Assembly: GCA_951406725.2 (NCBI GenBank)
Contig: OX597817.1
Span: 123,876,001 to 123,940,000 of the forward strand
DNA: 64,000 nucleotides
Direction: 5' to 3'
Source of the DNA: Octopus vulgaris
Lineage: Eukaryota
Both the position numbers and the translations under genes were made by a program. This document shows positions 13,479 through 26,840 of the stretch, piece after piece (position 1 is the stretch's first letter; every line of letters starts with the position of its first letter). Below the pieces are notes generated by a model. That model had not been told where the DNA came from. It made no database searches and saw only the letters and a program-made list of their open reading frames with translations.

Positions 13479-14746
13479 TTAGGTGGTCAAGTATGAAGTT
13501 TGTAGAAAAGTGAAAAAGTTTGCTAATGTTTTATAAATACAGGAATAGATTTATTCATCAAAGTATGCACCCATATTGTCAATACATTTTTACCATTTCA
13601 GCAGTATCTTGTCCAACCTAGAACTGTATAAACCTGGCAATCTAGAATCAAAAAATCTTGGATGGCCTGTTTTACAGCATCGTAGGGATTAAATTTTTTT
13701 CCTATCAAAACGTTATGCAAATTCTGGAAGAAGTGGTAGTCAGTGGGGACAAGATCAGTTGAGTATGGTGAATGATAGAGAACTTCCAACTTCAAATCCT
13801 GTAGTTTTGTCAATGTCATTTTTGCAATGTGTGGTCTGGTGTTGACTTGCAATAAAACAGGAGTAGATCTGTTGACTAATCTAGGCTGATTTTTCTTTCT
13901 TTTTTTTTTGTAAGTTTCTGCATCATTTGTTGGCTGCAGTATACTTCGGCTGTGATTGATGAGCCAGGTTTAATGAAATCATAATGAATCACACCTGTGC
14001 CAGACCACCAAACACACCATCAGCTTCTTTTGATGAATTTTAATTTTTGGACTGTGTTTTGATGGCTCGTCTTTGTCCTACCATTGTGCCAAACGTTTTT
14101 GGTAGTTGTATTGGATCCATTTCTCATATGACAATTCGATTCAAAAATGATTCATTTTTGTGATGAGAAAGTAGCATAATGCAGGCGTCCAAACGTTGCT
14201 GTTTCTGATTTCCATTGACTTCATGTGGAACCCACTTATACAACTTTTCACTTTACCAATTTGAACTAAGTAAGTGAATATTGTTTGCTTGCTAACACCA
14301 AACAACAACAATAATTCACAGGCACTTCGAAATAGATTTGACTCGATGGTGGCTTTTAGTTCATCATTATCCACCTTTGTTTCTGGTCAACCGAGTAGCT
14401 CATTTGTGAGTTCAAAGTTACCAGCACGAAATTTTGCAAGCCAATTTGATACTGTCTGCTTTATAATAACATTAGAATGAAACACTCCATTAATGTTCTG
14501 AGCTAGCTGTGATGCTGTATTTCCAAGAAAGAACTCTTATTTCAAAACTGTTCACATTTCCGACTTATCCATAGCAAAACGATTTATAAATACTTTAAAA
14601 AGTGTAAAATTAATTAGAATAAAGAAATAGACGTGTCAGCTTTCTAACAAAAAATAAAGATTGTCAATATATAATAATGGCACAAAATGAGCAGCTCTCA
14701 AAGTTTGCCATATACCTGACTACAAATTTCACATTTGATGTCCGAA
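13479..14746 (-). mobile_element. full-length decayed mariner (DD34D) transposon
   Basis: Imperfect TIRs TTAGGTGGTCAAGTATGAAGTTTGTAG / TTCGGACATCAAATGTGAAATTTGTAG flanked by TA; 1268 bp. Confidence 0.9.
13551..14572 (-). pseudogene. mariner transposase pseudogene
   Basis: MDKSEM*TVLK*EF..., VDNDELKATIES...IGKVK, VNTRPHIA (DNARPH), HSPYSTDLVPTDYHFF (HPPYSPDLAP.D), ends GAYFDE*; many stops and frameshifts. Confidence 0.9.
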
Positions 14747-15349
14747 TAGTTAAGAATTAATTTTGAATGATTTACCTGTTACAAAATTTAAAGCTGATGC
14801 ACATGCATGCATGCATACATACATGCACACATACATACATACAAGTCTATACACTCTCTCTATATACCACCTTTTCTCAATCTCTGCCTACTATTAACTT
14901 TATCCATTTACAAATAGCTCAAGATAGTAAAATAGTAAACAAATATTCTTTTTGAAATCTAAGACGTTTTCTCCATTTAAAAATTAGGATTTATTGTAAA
15001 TGATTTGCCAGTACAACACTAAAGATTTTTTCATTCATTTTTTATGTGTTAATTACAAGAAACAAAAGAAAACACTGCAATTTCTGGGTTATCCTCAGCC
15101 AGAAGATCTGTTAAATTGCTTGTAACTAAATGAACTCTTCTAAAAGCTCTCAATGGTCAGGTAGTAGTTTTAAACTGGACAATGAATTGAGTCTGCCATG
15201 TAAGAGCATGTATTGTCTATCCGAAATGCTACAATACAGTTTCCATCTTTCTCTTTGTATCAATTTTTTTTTCACATTTTATAGGTCAACCTGAAATGAT
15301 GGTTGAAAACATTCAGATCAATGGTATGTTTGGATTGAACCTAGTAAGG

Positions 15350-15775
15350 TGCAGGCATGACTGCGTGGTAAGAAGCTTGCATCCCAACCACATAGTTCCA
15401 GATTCAATCCCACTGCATGGCACCTTGGGCAAGTATCTTCGACTAGAGTTTCAGGCCAACTAAAGCCCTGTGAGGAGATTTGGTAGATAGAAACTGAAAG
15501 AAGCTTGTCATATATAAATATATATGAGTATATACTTATGTGTATGTGTCTTTGTGCCTGTATTTGTTCCCTAACACCACCATCACTTGACAACCGATGT
15601 TGGTGTGTTTATGTCACTGTAACTTAATGGTTCAGCAAAAGAGACCAATAGAATAAGTACTAGGCTTACAAAAAATAAATCCTGGGTTCAATTTCTTTGA
15701 CTAAAAGTCCCTTTAAGGTGATGCTCGAGCATGGCCACAGTAAAATGATTGGAACAAGTAGAAGAATAAAAGAGT
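15350..15775 (+). mobile_element. SINE family B, full length
   Basis: GCAGGCATGACTGCGTGGTAAGAAGCTTGC head, CACCTTGGGCAAGT, internal TA/TG tract, family tail. Confidence 0.88.
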
Positions 15776-16604
15776 ACTGCAAAGGAAATTTCTTTGATTT
15801 ACAATGACAGAATATGTTAAAATTCTCTTTCTAGCTGGTGTGGATGTGATGTAAGTCGAATTGTATGGTATTAAAGTTATTGTCTATGTTGGTTTTGTGC
15901 GTTTGATCCTAGGATTTACCTATCCTTTTCATTTGAATTTTTTCACCTTTCATTATTTATGGATCTATTGCCAAGATATTACTATACTTCTTTGATAGTG
16001 CCATTATTCCTTTTACTTATTCTTATTTTCATTGACAATTGCAGGTTTTGCATCGTTGGCATTTTAAAACCATGTGGTATACTCAAGTATTTTCTTGCTT
16101 ACTGCATCTCCGATTCTGTAATATATAATGCATAACACCTGGAGCAATAGATTGATGCTATAGTCTGTGTCATTACTATTATTGTCATCAGTATCATCAT
16201 CTTTACTGTTATTATTATTATATAACAGACTGGTCAGATGTAAAATATGTAGCGTGTCAGTACACTTTGAACTTTATCGTTTAGATGACATTATAGCCAT
16301 GGGCATCCTGTTTTATTTTGGGCACTTTGCCCTAGGATTTTAGAACTAAGAGAAGCTAGTAGGAAACTGGTTGAAAGGAAATTTGGCTGGTCATCAGCAA
16401 GGTCAAATAACTCTATAGAAGTTCCTCATTGATTCATTTCTGATGTTGGCTTGTGATTGTGATACTGAGAATGAATGTACATGCATATCGATAGCTTTGT
16501 CAAGGAAGAATACTAGAAAGTTAACTGAACAAAGGAAAATAAAATGACATTTCATTATTAACTCAGAGAGAGAGAGAAATAGTGTTGTTAGTAAAAAAAA
16601 GAAC

Positions 16605-16691
<87 letters not shown>

Positions 16692-16707
16692 AAGAAGAAG
16701 AAGAAGA
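16605..16707. repeat. (AAT)n-(AAG)n microsatellite
   Basis: Direct reading. Confidence 0.95.
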
Positions 16708-17999
16708 GAAACACAGATGAAGGAAATGTTCAAAAAATGAAATATGGAAAGAATAAATTATATAGGAGATACAATAAATGCAAGAATGAACTAAAAATGA
16801 AAAGTGTCTAGATATGCATGAGTTAGTGTTTCAAACAAAAGAATTCTAAGTTACATTGCAACTAAACATCTGTCAAAGATTGAAATAATGATTGTATAAT
16901 GTCCAAAAGACTCTTCAATATACAATTTCCTTTAATAATGTATTTGACGCAAGGGTAAGGAATTAAAAGGAAAAGTAGAGCAGTGAACTATGGAAGCAAG
17001 CTGACAGAGTTGCTAGAATAACAGAGAGAATGTCTTGCAGATGGGAAGATTTGTGAGTGTTTGATGAGAAGGTTTCCTCTGCATTTTTCTGTTCTTTGCT
17101 GCTTGGGTTCAGATTTCACCTCTTATTACTGGTCTCCTTGTACCAGGACACAACATTGAAATCCTGACAAGTGAGGGAAAAGCTTCCAATGTCTGCTGAA
17201 TTTATACATTGATTGAAACAACATCTTGGTCATATCAATAAGTATGAATGCAAAACTGAGCAAACATCGTACAAGAAAGAATAAATACCATGATAGAAAA
17301 GCTAATTTTTTAAAGTAAGTGTAAGCATGGCTGAATGGTGAAGGAGTCTGCTTTGTAACCATGTGGTTTCAAGTTCAATCCCACAGCATAGTCTCTTAAG
17401 TATGATTCTTGTACGATATAATGTTAGGTTGACCAATGCCATACTAGGGAATTAAGTAAAAGAAAACTGCCTAGAAAGCCAATCGATGACGTAAGAGGCC
17501 AAAAAGCATATAAAGCTAAAAGCATATAAAGGTGAAACTCAGAGTACAAACATTTTAAAGCGATTCAGTCAAAATGTATTACAGAATGCCCTATCTTTTT
17601 TTATTGAGTCATGTAACTTATTGCTTCTTTGTGAACCAAGAAATTCATACACACACACACACACACTTGAAATGGTAAAAACCAAAGAATTCACTGATAT
17701 TTCAAAATTTCATTTTAAGTCCTACAGCTGTTTGCACAATTAAAATACAGACATTGGCATCTATATAATTATATAATTAATATAATGAAATACATAATTT
17801 AAATATGAACAAACTGTTTCATATACATGTGTATGTACGTGTGTGGGTGTGGGTGTTATACGTATATATATGCATATATATTTGTTTCTGTGTACATGTC
17901 TATGTATGTATATTTGTATATATGAGTATGTCTGTAATTGCATACATGTATCTAGCTATCTCTTTGTCTATTTATCTGTCTATCTCTTCCCATAAGACA

Positions 18000-18330
18000 C
18001 CTGTTGTTATGTCCTGTTAATTGTATTTGTATTTGTGTAACATTTCTCTGTTTTCTTTTTCCTGTACTTGTTTTTGTATACATTCGCTGATTTCTTCCAA
18101 GGAATCTAATGCTCTTAGCTTATTTTTTTCCTTAGGGCTGGCCAGATTGGAGCAATCTTGAGTATAACCAGCTGAAATTGTGAAGATAATCTGGAACTCG
18201 ATTGACGATAGAAAACTCTGAATGGTCTGTCCTTGTTTTCCTTGTAGTGTCTGTCTGAATATTTTGTTGTCCCTTTTTTGTTTCACCTAACTGTCTGGAT
18301 GTTTTGCGTTATTGTCCCATTTTTGTATTT
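18000..18330 (+). mobile_element. dispersed repeat of uncertain class (possible PLE-related terminus)
   Basis: Reverse-complement match to 57350-57670 (CCAAGGAATCTAATG...GGCTGGCCAGAT.GGAGCAATCT...GAAATTG.GA.GAT); both end in (TA)n. Confidence 0.6.
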
Positions 18331-18356
18331 ATATGTATATATATATATATATATGC

Positions 18357-18692
18357 ATATAATTTAGAGAAAATTCTGTTAAACAATTCAATAAAGAAAG
18401 ATTTTATTTACACCATATAGTAAACATATACTATATAAAAAAACCTTATTCTAAAAATCAATAAAGTACATTAAATAGTAAAGAGTAAATAGTATTGCAC
18501 TTTATTGATTTTTAGAATATGTTTTTTTTTATAGTATATGTTTTCTATATGGTGTGAATAACACCTTTCTTTATTGAATTGTTTAATAGAGAGGTTTTTC
18601 TCTAAATTATATACATATATTATATATTGTGAAATTTGATTTAAAATTGTTAAATTGAATTTTTCCCTGTAAATTTTGGAATTATATTCCCT
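18357..18692. mobile_element. fold-back fragment of the PLE terminus seen at 10122-10320
   Basis: 18357-18470 and 18496-18612 are inverted; right arm ends TTTTCCCTGTAAATTTTGGAATTATATTCCC, the reverse complement of 10123-10152. Confidence 0.8.
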
Positions 18693-18714
18693 ACTATTAT
18701 TATTATTATTATTA

Positions 18715-18778
<64 letters not shown>

Positions 18779-18781
18779 TAA

Positions 18782-18816
<35 letters not shown>

Positions 18817-18824
18817 GTAGTAGT

Positions 18825-18866
<42 letters not shown>

Positions 18867-18894
18867 AATAATAATAATAATATATATATATATA
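18693..18894. repeat. (ATT)n-(AAT)n-(TA)n microsatellite
   Basis: Direct reading. Confidence 0.93.
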
Positions 18895-20106
18895 TAGATA
18901 TGCAGGAAGTAAATAGATATAGTAAATAGAAATTTGTTATCTAAACATCTTAATATGTTTTCAGTGGTGTAGAATTTACAAGGTAATTATTCTTTTTCAT
19001 TCCAGGTGCCATTATATTAAATATTTGTGAAGAGTAAACATGCCACACACAAAAAATTCAGCAGAGCTGTCAGATTTCAAAGAGGTCATATTGCTGGGCA
19101 ATTTGAGACTGGTCTTAGCCAGTGGAAAATTGTCAAAAATCTTCAAATTCCTCTTGCTACAGTTAATAGAATTATAGTGCAATTCAAAAGACAAGGAAAA
19201 GAATCAAAAGAATCGACCTGGGCTCTTGGAAAGGAAGCTTCGCGGTTTGAAGAGGATTGTGGAAAACGAACCCCATTCAAAGGCTTCTGACATTGCAAAG
19301 CAGTTAGTAGTTAGTCCAAGAACGTGTGTTACATATCTGCATAAGCTTGGATATTATGGAAGAACTGCTAGAAGAAAACCTCTCCTTCAACCAATTAATA
19401 TCACGAAAATAAAGAAATGAGATGCCAGAAAAATCCAGTTCATTTTAGGATTGAGTGATTTTCTCAGATGAACCCAGATTTGCATAATTTTCAGACAGTT
19501 GACGTGTTTGGGTCTGGAGGCTTCCCAATCAAGAATTTGATTTGAAACGAATCCAACCAACTGTGAAACATGGCAGTATCTCTGTAATGGTATGGAGAGC
19601 TGTTACCAGCAATGGTCTGAAAAATACATCGAAATACTTAAGCAAGGACTACTTCCAATGTGTTCACGCGATAACATAACGAAAAATAAATTTTAATTCA
19701 TGGAAGATGGGACTCCATACCATACAGCAAAAAAAATTAACAATGGCTGACTGAAAATGGGATGAAAAAGCTTCGTTGGCCAAGTCAATCTCCTGACATG
19801 AACCCAATTGAAAATCTTTGGAGCATACTAAATAGAGCTATACGAAAAACTTGACAGAAACTTAAATCTAAAGATGAATTGTTTCTATTGTTGTGTGAAA
19901 AGTGGGCAGAAATTCCACAGGAGACAATCACAAAGCTCACCAGTTCAATGCCAAAAAGAGTTTCTGAAGTAAAAACTGCAAAAGGAATGTCAACTAAATA
20001 CTAAAGGAGGTAGTCCTACCTATCGATTGCATTTCAATTGTTCACTTTGTGTATTAAATAAAAGATTTTGAAAATTAAAGGTGTCTATTTACTTCCTGCA
20101 TGTCTG
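18895..20106 (+). mobile_element. decayed Tc1 (DD34E) transposon inserted in (TA)n
   Basis: TIRs TAGATATGCAGGAAGTAAATAGA / CAGACATGCAGGAAGTAAATAGA (reverse complement of right end); (TA)n on both sides. Confidence 0.92.
19040..20004 (+). pseudogene. Tc1 transposase pseudogene
   Basis: FQRGHIAG, GYYGRTARRKPLL, VIFSDEPRF, FMEDGTPYHT, WPSQSPDMNPIENLW, ends GMSTKY*; frameshifts and stops. Confidence 0.9.
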
Positions 20107-20139
20107 TATATATATATATATATATATTATATGTGTGTA

Positions 20140-20180
<41 letters not shown>

Positions 20181-20270
20181 GTGTGTGTGTATATATGTAT
20201 ATATATATGTATGTTTGTGTGTGTGTGTATATATATCTATATATATGTGTGTGAGAGAGATAGATATATA
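20107..20270. repeat. (TA)n/(TG)n microsatellite
   Basis: Direct reading. Confidence 0.9.
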
Positions 20271-20754
20271 GATAAATTTATAGTATACTTAATATCATCC
20301 ATTTTCCTGTTTCAACCAACATAATATTATAAATTTTGCATTTCTTTTTCCACACACACACACACTAACAAGCACATGCTTTGTCCCTATACTAAAGCAT
20401 CTACTCATCTTTCCTTATGTTTAATTATTCAAATATGCTTTGCAGCCCAAACTACCTCTTTCCCCTTTATGTATTTTCTCATTTATAATTTGTATATCAA
20501 CTGAACATTTACCACATATCTTTTTCTCTCATCTTTGTCTTCCTCTGTCTTCTCCACTGTTTCTACTCTATTTGGTTATACTAAACATGAACTGATATAC
20601 AAGCCAATATACCAGCTTGTCCATCTTCTATCTTCCAATTTCTCTCTCTCTCTCTCCTTTTTTGTTCATTTTCCATTCACTTCTCTGCTTCACTTTGATA
20701 GTGCCTCTTTTCTCATCTCTTTCTTTTGTTTCTTTCCCTTCAGTAAATACAAAT

Positions 20755-21030
20755 GTGTGTGTGTGTGCATAAATATCTGTCTGTATTTTTATGTATGCAC
20801 ACACTCATACACACACGTGTGTATAGATGCATCTGTGTTTTAAGTATTTGTAAGTTTAGATTTATATATTTGTAAGTGTATATATGTGTTGTGTGTGTGT
20901 ATGTGTGTGTGTGTGTGTATAAATATCTGTCTGTATTTATATATATGCACACACTCATACACACATCAGTGTATAGATGCATCTATGATTTTATACTTAT
21001 ATGTATGTTCTTACATATTTGTAAGAGTAT
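20755..21030. repeat. tandem duplication of a ~150-bp TG/TA-rich unit
   Basis: ATAAATATCTGTCTGTATTT...ATGCACACACTCATACACACA...GTGTATAGATGCATCT occurs at ~20769 and ~20919. Confidence 0.75.
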
Positions 21031-22236
21031 ATACATATTTGTGTGTGTGTATGCATATTTATGAATGCACTCATGTATAATGTGCACCCATAATTATGGT
21101 CAATTAAATCCTGGAAAAAATATCTCTCTGCACTATTCCCTCTAAGCTGTGCACATGTGCATACATTTTCCAACCAGTGCCTAAAATAATACTGTATGGA
21201 ATAATTATACTTATTATATATTCAGTGCGCTCATACTTTCATCATGAGTAAAAAAAATTGCACAACCTAATATTTTTGTACACCATGATTACTAAAGATT
21301 TAAGGAACTATTTATCACTTCCTGTATGCTATTCTCTGGTTTTCTTTAGTAACATAATATAAAGAAAGAGGTGTATTTAGTTAGACTTATTAGAATTACT
21401 GTCTAAGACACTGAAAAATTTTCTCATGTACAGAATCATACAAAATGCAGATTTGAAAGTAATCATTGAGCTTTACTAGATATAGTAAAGTCTATTCTGT
21501 AGAAACTGTAATGTAACTTAGTTCTTCTTGAAAAAAAAATTTGTATTATACATGAACTGAAATGGAATATCAGAATGCAAAGTGGTGGTCTTTTTTTCCT
21601 TTCCAGACACTGTATTGTGAAGTTCCTTAGGATCAAGACACTTGTGTATAATTTCATTGGATTAAACTTGGTCCCTAGTTTTTAAAACGGTTCCATTTTA
21701 TGAAACAAATTCCTAATGAGATGATGAGACAAAATTAATGAGTTCACCAATTACTGTGAGTGCTGGGATGCATGATGGGAACCAAGTCATGCCTCAAAAT
21801 GGTTATACAATGACAATCTCAAAAGGCATGTAAGGGGATAAACAATAATTTGTTTGTATAAGCACTGGTTGTTTGAGGAAACCAAATTTATTCTTAAACA
21901 TGCTTCATGAGCAAAGATCCAACAAAGAAAGGTAGCATAGGTTCATTATATGAAAGAAAATATATACAAACTGCAGAGAAGAAGGTAAGGTCCTTGTGTG
22001 TGTGTGTGTGTGTGGTACTACAGCCATATAGAAAATATACCAAACTTATAGTTAGCAGCTTTGGGTTTAGTTTCACTGCATATTTTTCTATATCAGGAGA
22101 TACTTTTCATTTTGCTGCTGATATTCTTGTGTGCTTCTCACCCCAATATATCTATATGAGATGCTGTCTTGAGATGAATACTGCAGTTGTGTTGTTTTCC
22201 ACACTTTATCCATGTTAAGTATGATTTACAGAATAC

Positions 22237-22275
<39 letters not shown>

Positions 22276-22295
22276 ATATGTATATATATATATAT

Positions 22296-22460
22296 ACAGG
22301 CATGGCTGCATGGTAAGAAGCTTGCTTCTCAACCACATGGTTCCAGGTTCAGTCCCACTGTGTGGCAACATGGGCAAGTGTCTTCTACTACCGCCTTTGG
22401 CCAACCAAAGCCCTATGAGTGGATTGGGTAGATGGAAACTGAAATAAGCCTGTCATATAT
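22296..22460 (+). mobile_element. SINE family B 5' half
   Basis: CAGGCATGGCTGCATGGTAAGAAGCTTGC...GGTTCAGTCCCACTG. Confidence 0.82.
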
Positions 22461-22839
22461 ATATATATATACACATACATACACACACATACACACATGA
22501 GTGTGTGTATGTATGTGTGCTCATGTGCTGTACCTGTGTGATTGTTTGTATGTACAATTTATTGAACAGGAACAAGTTGGATGATGTTTTTGCCAATTTC
22601 TCCTGTCAACAAATTGTCCAAGCACTTCATGGCTTCAAAGAAGCTATGCGGAATGAATGGTTCTTTACCTGAAAAACTGACAAGTGTTTGTATCAAGAAT
22701 GGGTTGTTAACTAATGCCTCAAATAACATATTCGTCCAACTGAAGCAAGCATAGAAAACCACAGAAGCAAGTTTTCTAAAAGTCTTGATATATTCTAATT
22801 GCTTAATATAAGCAGCACAGATTGTATCTTTCTTTTACC

Positions 22840-23262
22840 TTTTTCGTTTACTTCTTTCAGTCATTAAACTGTGGCCATGCTGTGGCAACCTGAAGAAATT
22901 TTAGTTGCATGAATCAACCCTAGTACTGTTTTCTTAAGCCTGGCACTTATTCTATTGGTCTCTTTTTCTGAACTGCTAAGTCTTGAGGATGTAGACACAT
23001 CAACACAGGTTATCAAGTTGTGATGGTGGGGGACACAGATACAAAGACGTATACACATATGCATGCACACATGAACACACACACCTAAATACACATGCAT
23101 GACAAGCTTCTTTCAGTTTCCATCTACCAAATCCATTTGCTAGGCTTTGGTTGTGCCAAGGCTATAGTAGAAGATACTTGCCTAAGGCACCATGCAGTGG
23201 GACTGAACTCAGAACAATGTGGTCAGGAAACAAGTACTTACTATGCAACTATGCCTGCACCT
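22840..23262 (-). mobile_element. SINE family B, full length
   Basis: Colinear with 4155-4540. Confidence 0.85.
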
Positions 23263-24539
23263 ATATGACTAAATTTTTAAATATATAATACCATTCTTGT
23301 TGATACTTTCTTCTCTTTGAGTACAGTTCAACATGTGTTTAGCCTTCTAACATAGCCCTCTCTTAATTCTCCCCAATTTTTTCTGCATCCTCTTTCTCTT
23401 TCTCATTCCCACTCTCTTTCCCCTCCCCTACATACAAGTACACAACTCCCTGTCTATTCATCCACTCATGCACATGCATGTGTTCAAGTGTATATGTATG
23501 TAAATATCTACATTTAGTAAGAATTCAGATTTTCGCAAATGCAGATATGAACTGCAAAAGCAGAAATTTGATCCACTGCATTAAATGCCAGAATTGCAAG
23601 GAACTATATATTAGTGAGATGAGGAATGCATCATCAGAATGCTCATGAGTCCACAGACAAAAAATCCAGAACACTAATGTTTACCAAATTCCATTGAGCA
23701 AAACACATAGAAACATGTGGTCAGAAAATGTTTCTAATTTTTCCTTCCCACAAACTACATGACACAAGTAAGGTTGGAAGAAAGATAAAACAAAAATGGT
23801 TTATTAAAATGTTCAAACCTGTTCTGAACGGAAATAACAATAATGATATAACAACCAGTTAATGATGTGGTTTAAAGAATATCTTTAACATATGAATATA
23901 AACAAATTACAGAAGGCTCATACCAATTGAAATAAAAACAAACAAAACCAACTAAGTTTACTCATAAAACCATTACATGTAAACCACATGCAGTTTGGTT
24001 AAAATAAAAGCAGGATTTATACCAGTGATATCAGTACACCTGGCAAACCATGATGTTTAAGCTGCATGTGGATTGGTCAAAACTGTATTTCCAAAATTTG
24101 GCTTGTTGAACCCTTCTAAGAGGTAAAAAAAGAAAGAAGTCAGTCATTTTACTACAGTTGTCAATAACTCAACTGTCAGTTAAATACATGTTGAAATCTG
24201 ATGATTACTACGAACGTATGAAAGTGCTAATTGAACTTTATGAACATTAAAAAATATTTTTGCAATGTTTAACACACTTAAACATTGTAAATAGATTTAT
24301 ATTTTTTAAAATACCATAATAAAAAATGTGTAAACTGGACCATATTTTAACTTTATTCAACCAATATATTATTCTATAAACATTTACACAAATTCAGAAT
24401 ATATATATATATATATATATACATACTACAGGCAAGAAAGTAATATTTCAAATGCAATATAGCTGTGAAAACAGAAGAAAGATTGTGTATTTTATGTATG
24501 TATGTATTTATATGTATATATCTTTTATTGTTTACATTA

Positions 24540-24860
24540 CAAGCTTTCAGTCATTGAACTGCAACTATGCTAGGACACCAGGGTTAGTTGAACAAATACA
24601 TCGCAGTACTTATTTTGTTTTAAGTCTAATTTTTATTCAAATGATCTGTTTTGCCAAATTGCTAAGTTACGAGAATGTAAAAAAACAAAAGAACATGAGT
24701 TGTCAAGTGGTTGGGGAGCATACACAAATGCATAGACTCTCACACACACACACACGTACACACACACACACACACACAGATATACATGTATTCAATAAGT
24801 TTCCACACAGTTTCCATTTACTAAATTCACTCCCAAAGCATCAATGAATCCAGGGATATA

Positions 24861-24894
<34 letters not shown>

Positions 24895-25275
24895 ATATTA
24901 GGGAATAAATCCAAACTTACAGGGAAAAATTAGATTTAGGATTAAATCCAATTTTATAGTATAAATATATAATATTATATTAAATTAGAGATAAAACCAC
25001 TATTAGGCAAATCAAACAGTGACAAACATAAGCCAATACATAAATATATATATATCTTATTGAATTGATAAAAGGTGTTTTTTTTCTAATTTATATATAT
25101 ATTATACTTTGTGAAATTTGATTTAGTATTTCTAAATTGAAATTTTCCCTGTAAGTTTGGAATAATATTCCCTCATATTATATATATATCACTTGCCAAA
25201 AGCTATCATGCTTTAGGATAGAACTCAAAGTCACATGGTTACAACATGAGAATCTTAACCACATATCATGCATAT
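24540..25275 (-). mobile_element. SINE family B interrupted by a PLE-terminus fold-back in (TA)n
   Basis: Family B tail and body 24540-24862 resume at 25189 (CACTTGCC...GAACTC...CACATGGTT). Confidence 0.7.
24897..25178. mobile_element. inverted pair of PLE termini
   Basis: Starts GGGAATAAATCCAAACTTACAGGGAAAA and ends TTTTCCCTGTAAGTTTGGAATAATATTCCC; same terminus as 10123. Confidence 0.8.
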
Positions 25276-25604
25276 GCCATTAGAAAACATTGCACACAGA
25301 TGAAGAGTCCTGCCCAAAATGTTAAGTATAAACTCTTTCTCTCAGTAAACCAATTCATTCCGCTTTTGAAATGCTTATACATGAATAAGTCAACCGTACT
25401 TATTAGAAGGTTATATCTCTGCAAGCATACATACATATAAGAAGCCATGTATGTGTGCACGTAGGCATGTGTATGTTTGCAAATGTAGGCATTCATGTCT
25501 TGTTGATTGCATTTGCTCTGGTGGTTCATAGTGGGCTGCAGCTGAATAGCGTGGACAGTGTGACGATACCACACAGAGTTTCACATAAAACTGAATGGAC
25601 ATTG

Positions 25605-25672
<68 letters not shown>

Positions 25673-26541
25673 TGCATTCACAACCCAATGCCCATTTTCT
25701 ACAATGGTTGATGGTGATGATGATAAGTATGATAAGGATGATGATAGTAATGAGGAAGGATAATGATAATGAGTATGGTGGTGGTGGTGGTGATGGTGGC
25801 AGCGGCAGCAGTGCAGTGATAATTTAAAAGGCAGATGATCACATCATTCTGCAACAATACACCACAAAGTAGTAGATGGATGTTGCAGAAAATGCCTATG
25901 TCTATAGAAGCAGATGCAATTAATGCCAATTGTTTATTTTGAATAGATTCCAATCATGAAGAGAACCAATCTTGGCCTAAACACATTTGGAAGATATCTA
26001 CAGCATTTTACTTGTGTTCCACTAATTAATATTTGCCAGGTAAATTAAATTATGTATCTTCATTCTGTGCATTGACTAAACTAACTAGAAAGTTTATCAC
26101 AAATGTGCAATTGGGAAGATATTGCTAAGAAAGGAATTGGGTGAGAAATATTATATCCTTTAAAATAACTTGATGTTTTAATTATCAATTTATTAGTTAA
26201 TATCTAAATCTAATTAATCTCATAAAACACCACATTCATTGCAAGATAATTGCCCTTGCTTTGCTGTAAAATTTGTTCAGACTAATAATGACCAATTTTA
26301 AAATCATTTGAATAATATATTGCTGTTTTTGTTATTGTTTATTTTGTTGTTTAAGTCAGAGAAGGAAAGAAAGCCTTTATGGCCCTTCTTCTGGTGGAGA
26401 AGAGGGCAGCTAGAAGTTCTCAAACTAGAGGCCAGACCTGAATACTTACAATTGAGTGGACTCTGCTCATGGCACTTCATAACTAGGTAGTTTTGTGAAT
26501 ATGGGTGATAGATTAAGTCTAACAGCCAAGAAACCAAGAAT

Positions 26542-26840
26542 TGTTCCTTCTTGAGCCACGCCTGGCTCATAGGGCCAGTTTTCCGGTTTCCTTGGTGAAT
26601 AGGTTCCCCACCTGGATAGGACACCAGTTCATCGCTGGTGAGCTGCAGGATGCAGGAGGAAAGAGTGAGAGAAAGTTGTGGTGAAAGAATCAGCAGAAGT
26701 TTGCCATTACCTTCTGCCGGAGCCACGTGGAGCTTTGGTGTTTCGCTCATAAACCCACACACATCTCCCGGTCTGAGATTTGAACCCGCAATCCCTCAAC
26801 TGTGAGTCCGCTGCTCTAACCACTAAGCCATGTCCCTCCA
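26542..26840 (-). mobile_element. tRNA-derived SINE family D with 15-bp TSD
   Basis: CAAGAAACCAAGAAT at 26527-26541 and 26841-26855; head TGGCTTAGTGGTTAGAGC...GGGTTCAAATC; related to 61102-61405. Confidence 0.9.

Noticed and set aside
16090-16170. YCSRCYALYITES on minus, resembling a GIY-YIG CxxC...YIGET motif
   Set aside because: Too short and degenerate to support without an alignment
17483-17550. GCC...GGT-GAAACTCAGAGTA hammerhead-like 3' half
   Set aside because: Upstream core (CGTAAGA) does not match CUGANGA and there is no stem I
21907-21985. Short plus ORF ending at a good donor AAG|GTAAGG
   Set aside because: No supporting acceptor, downstream exon or homology
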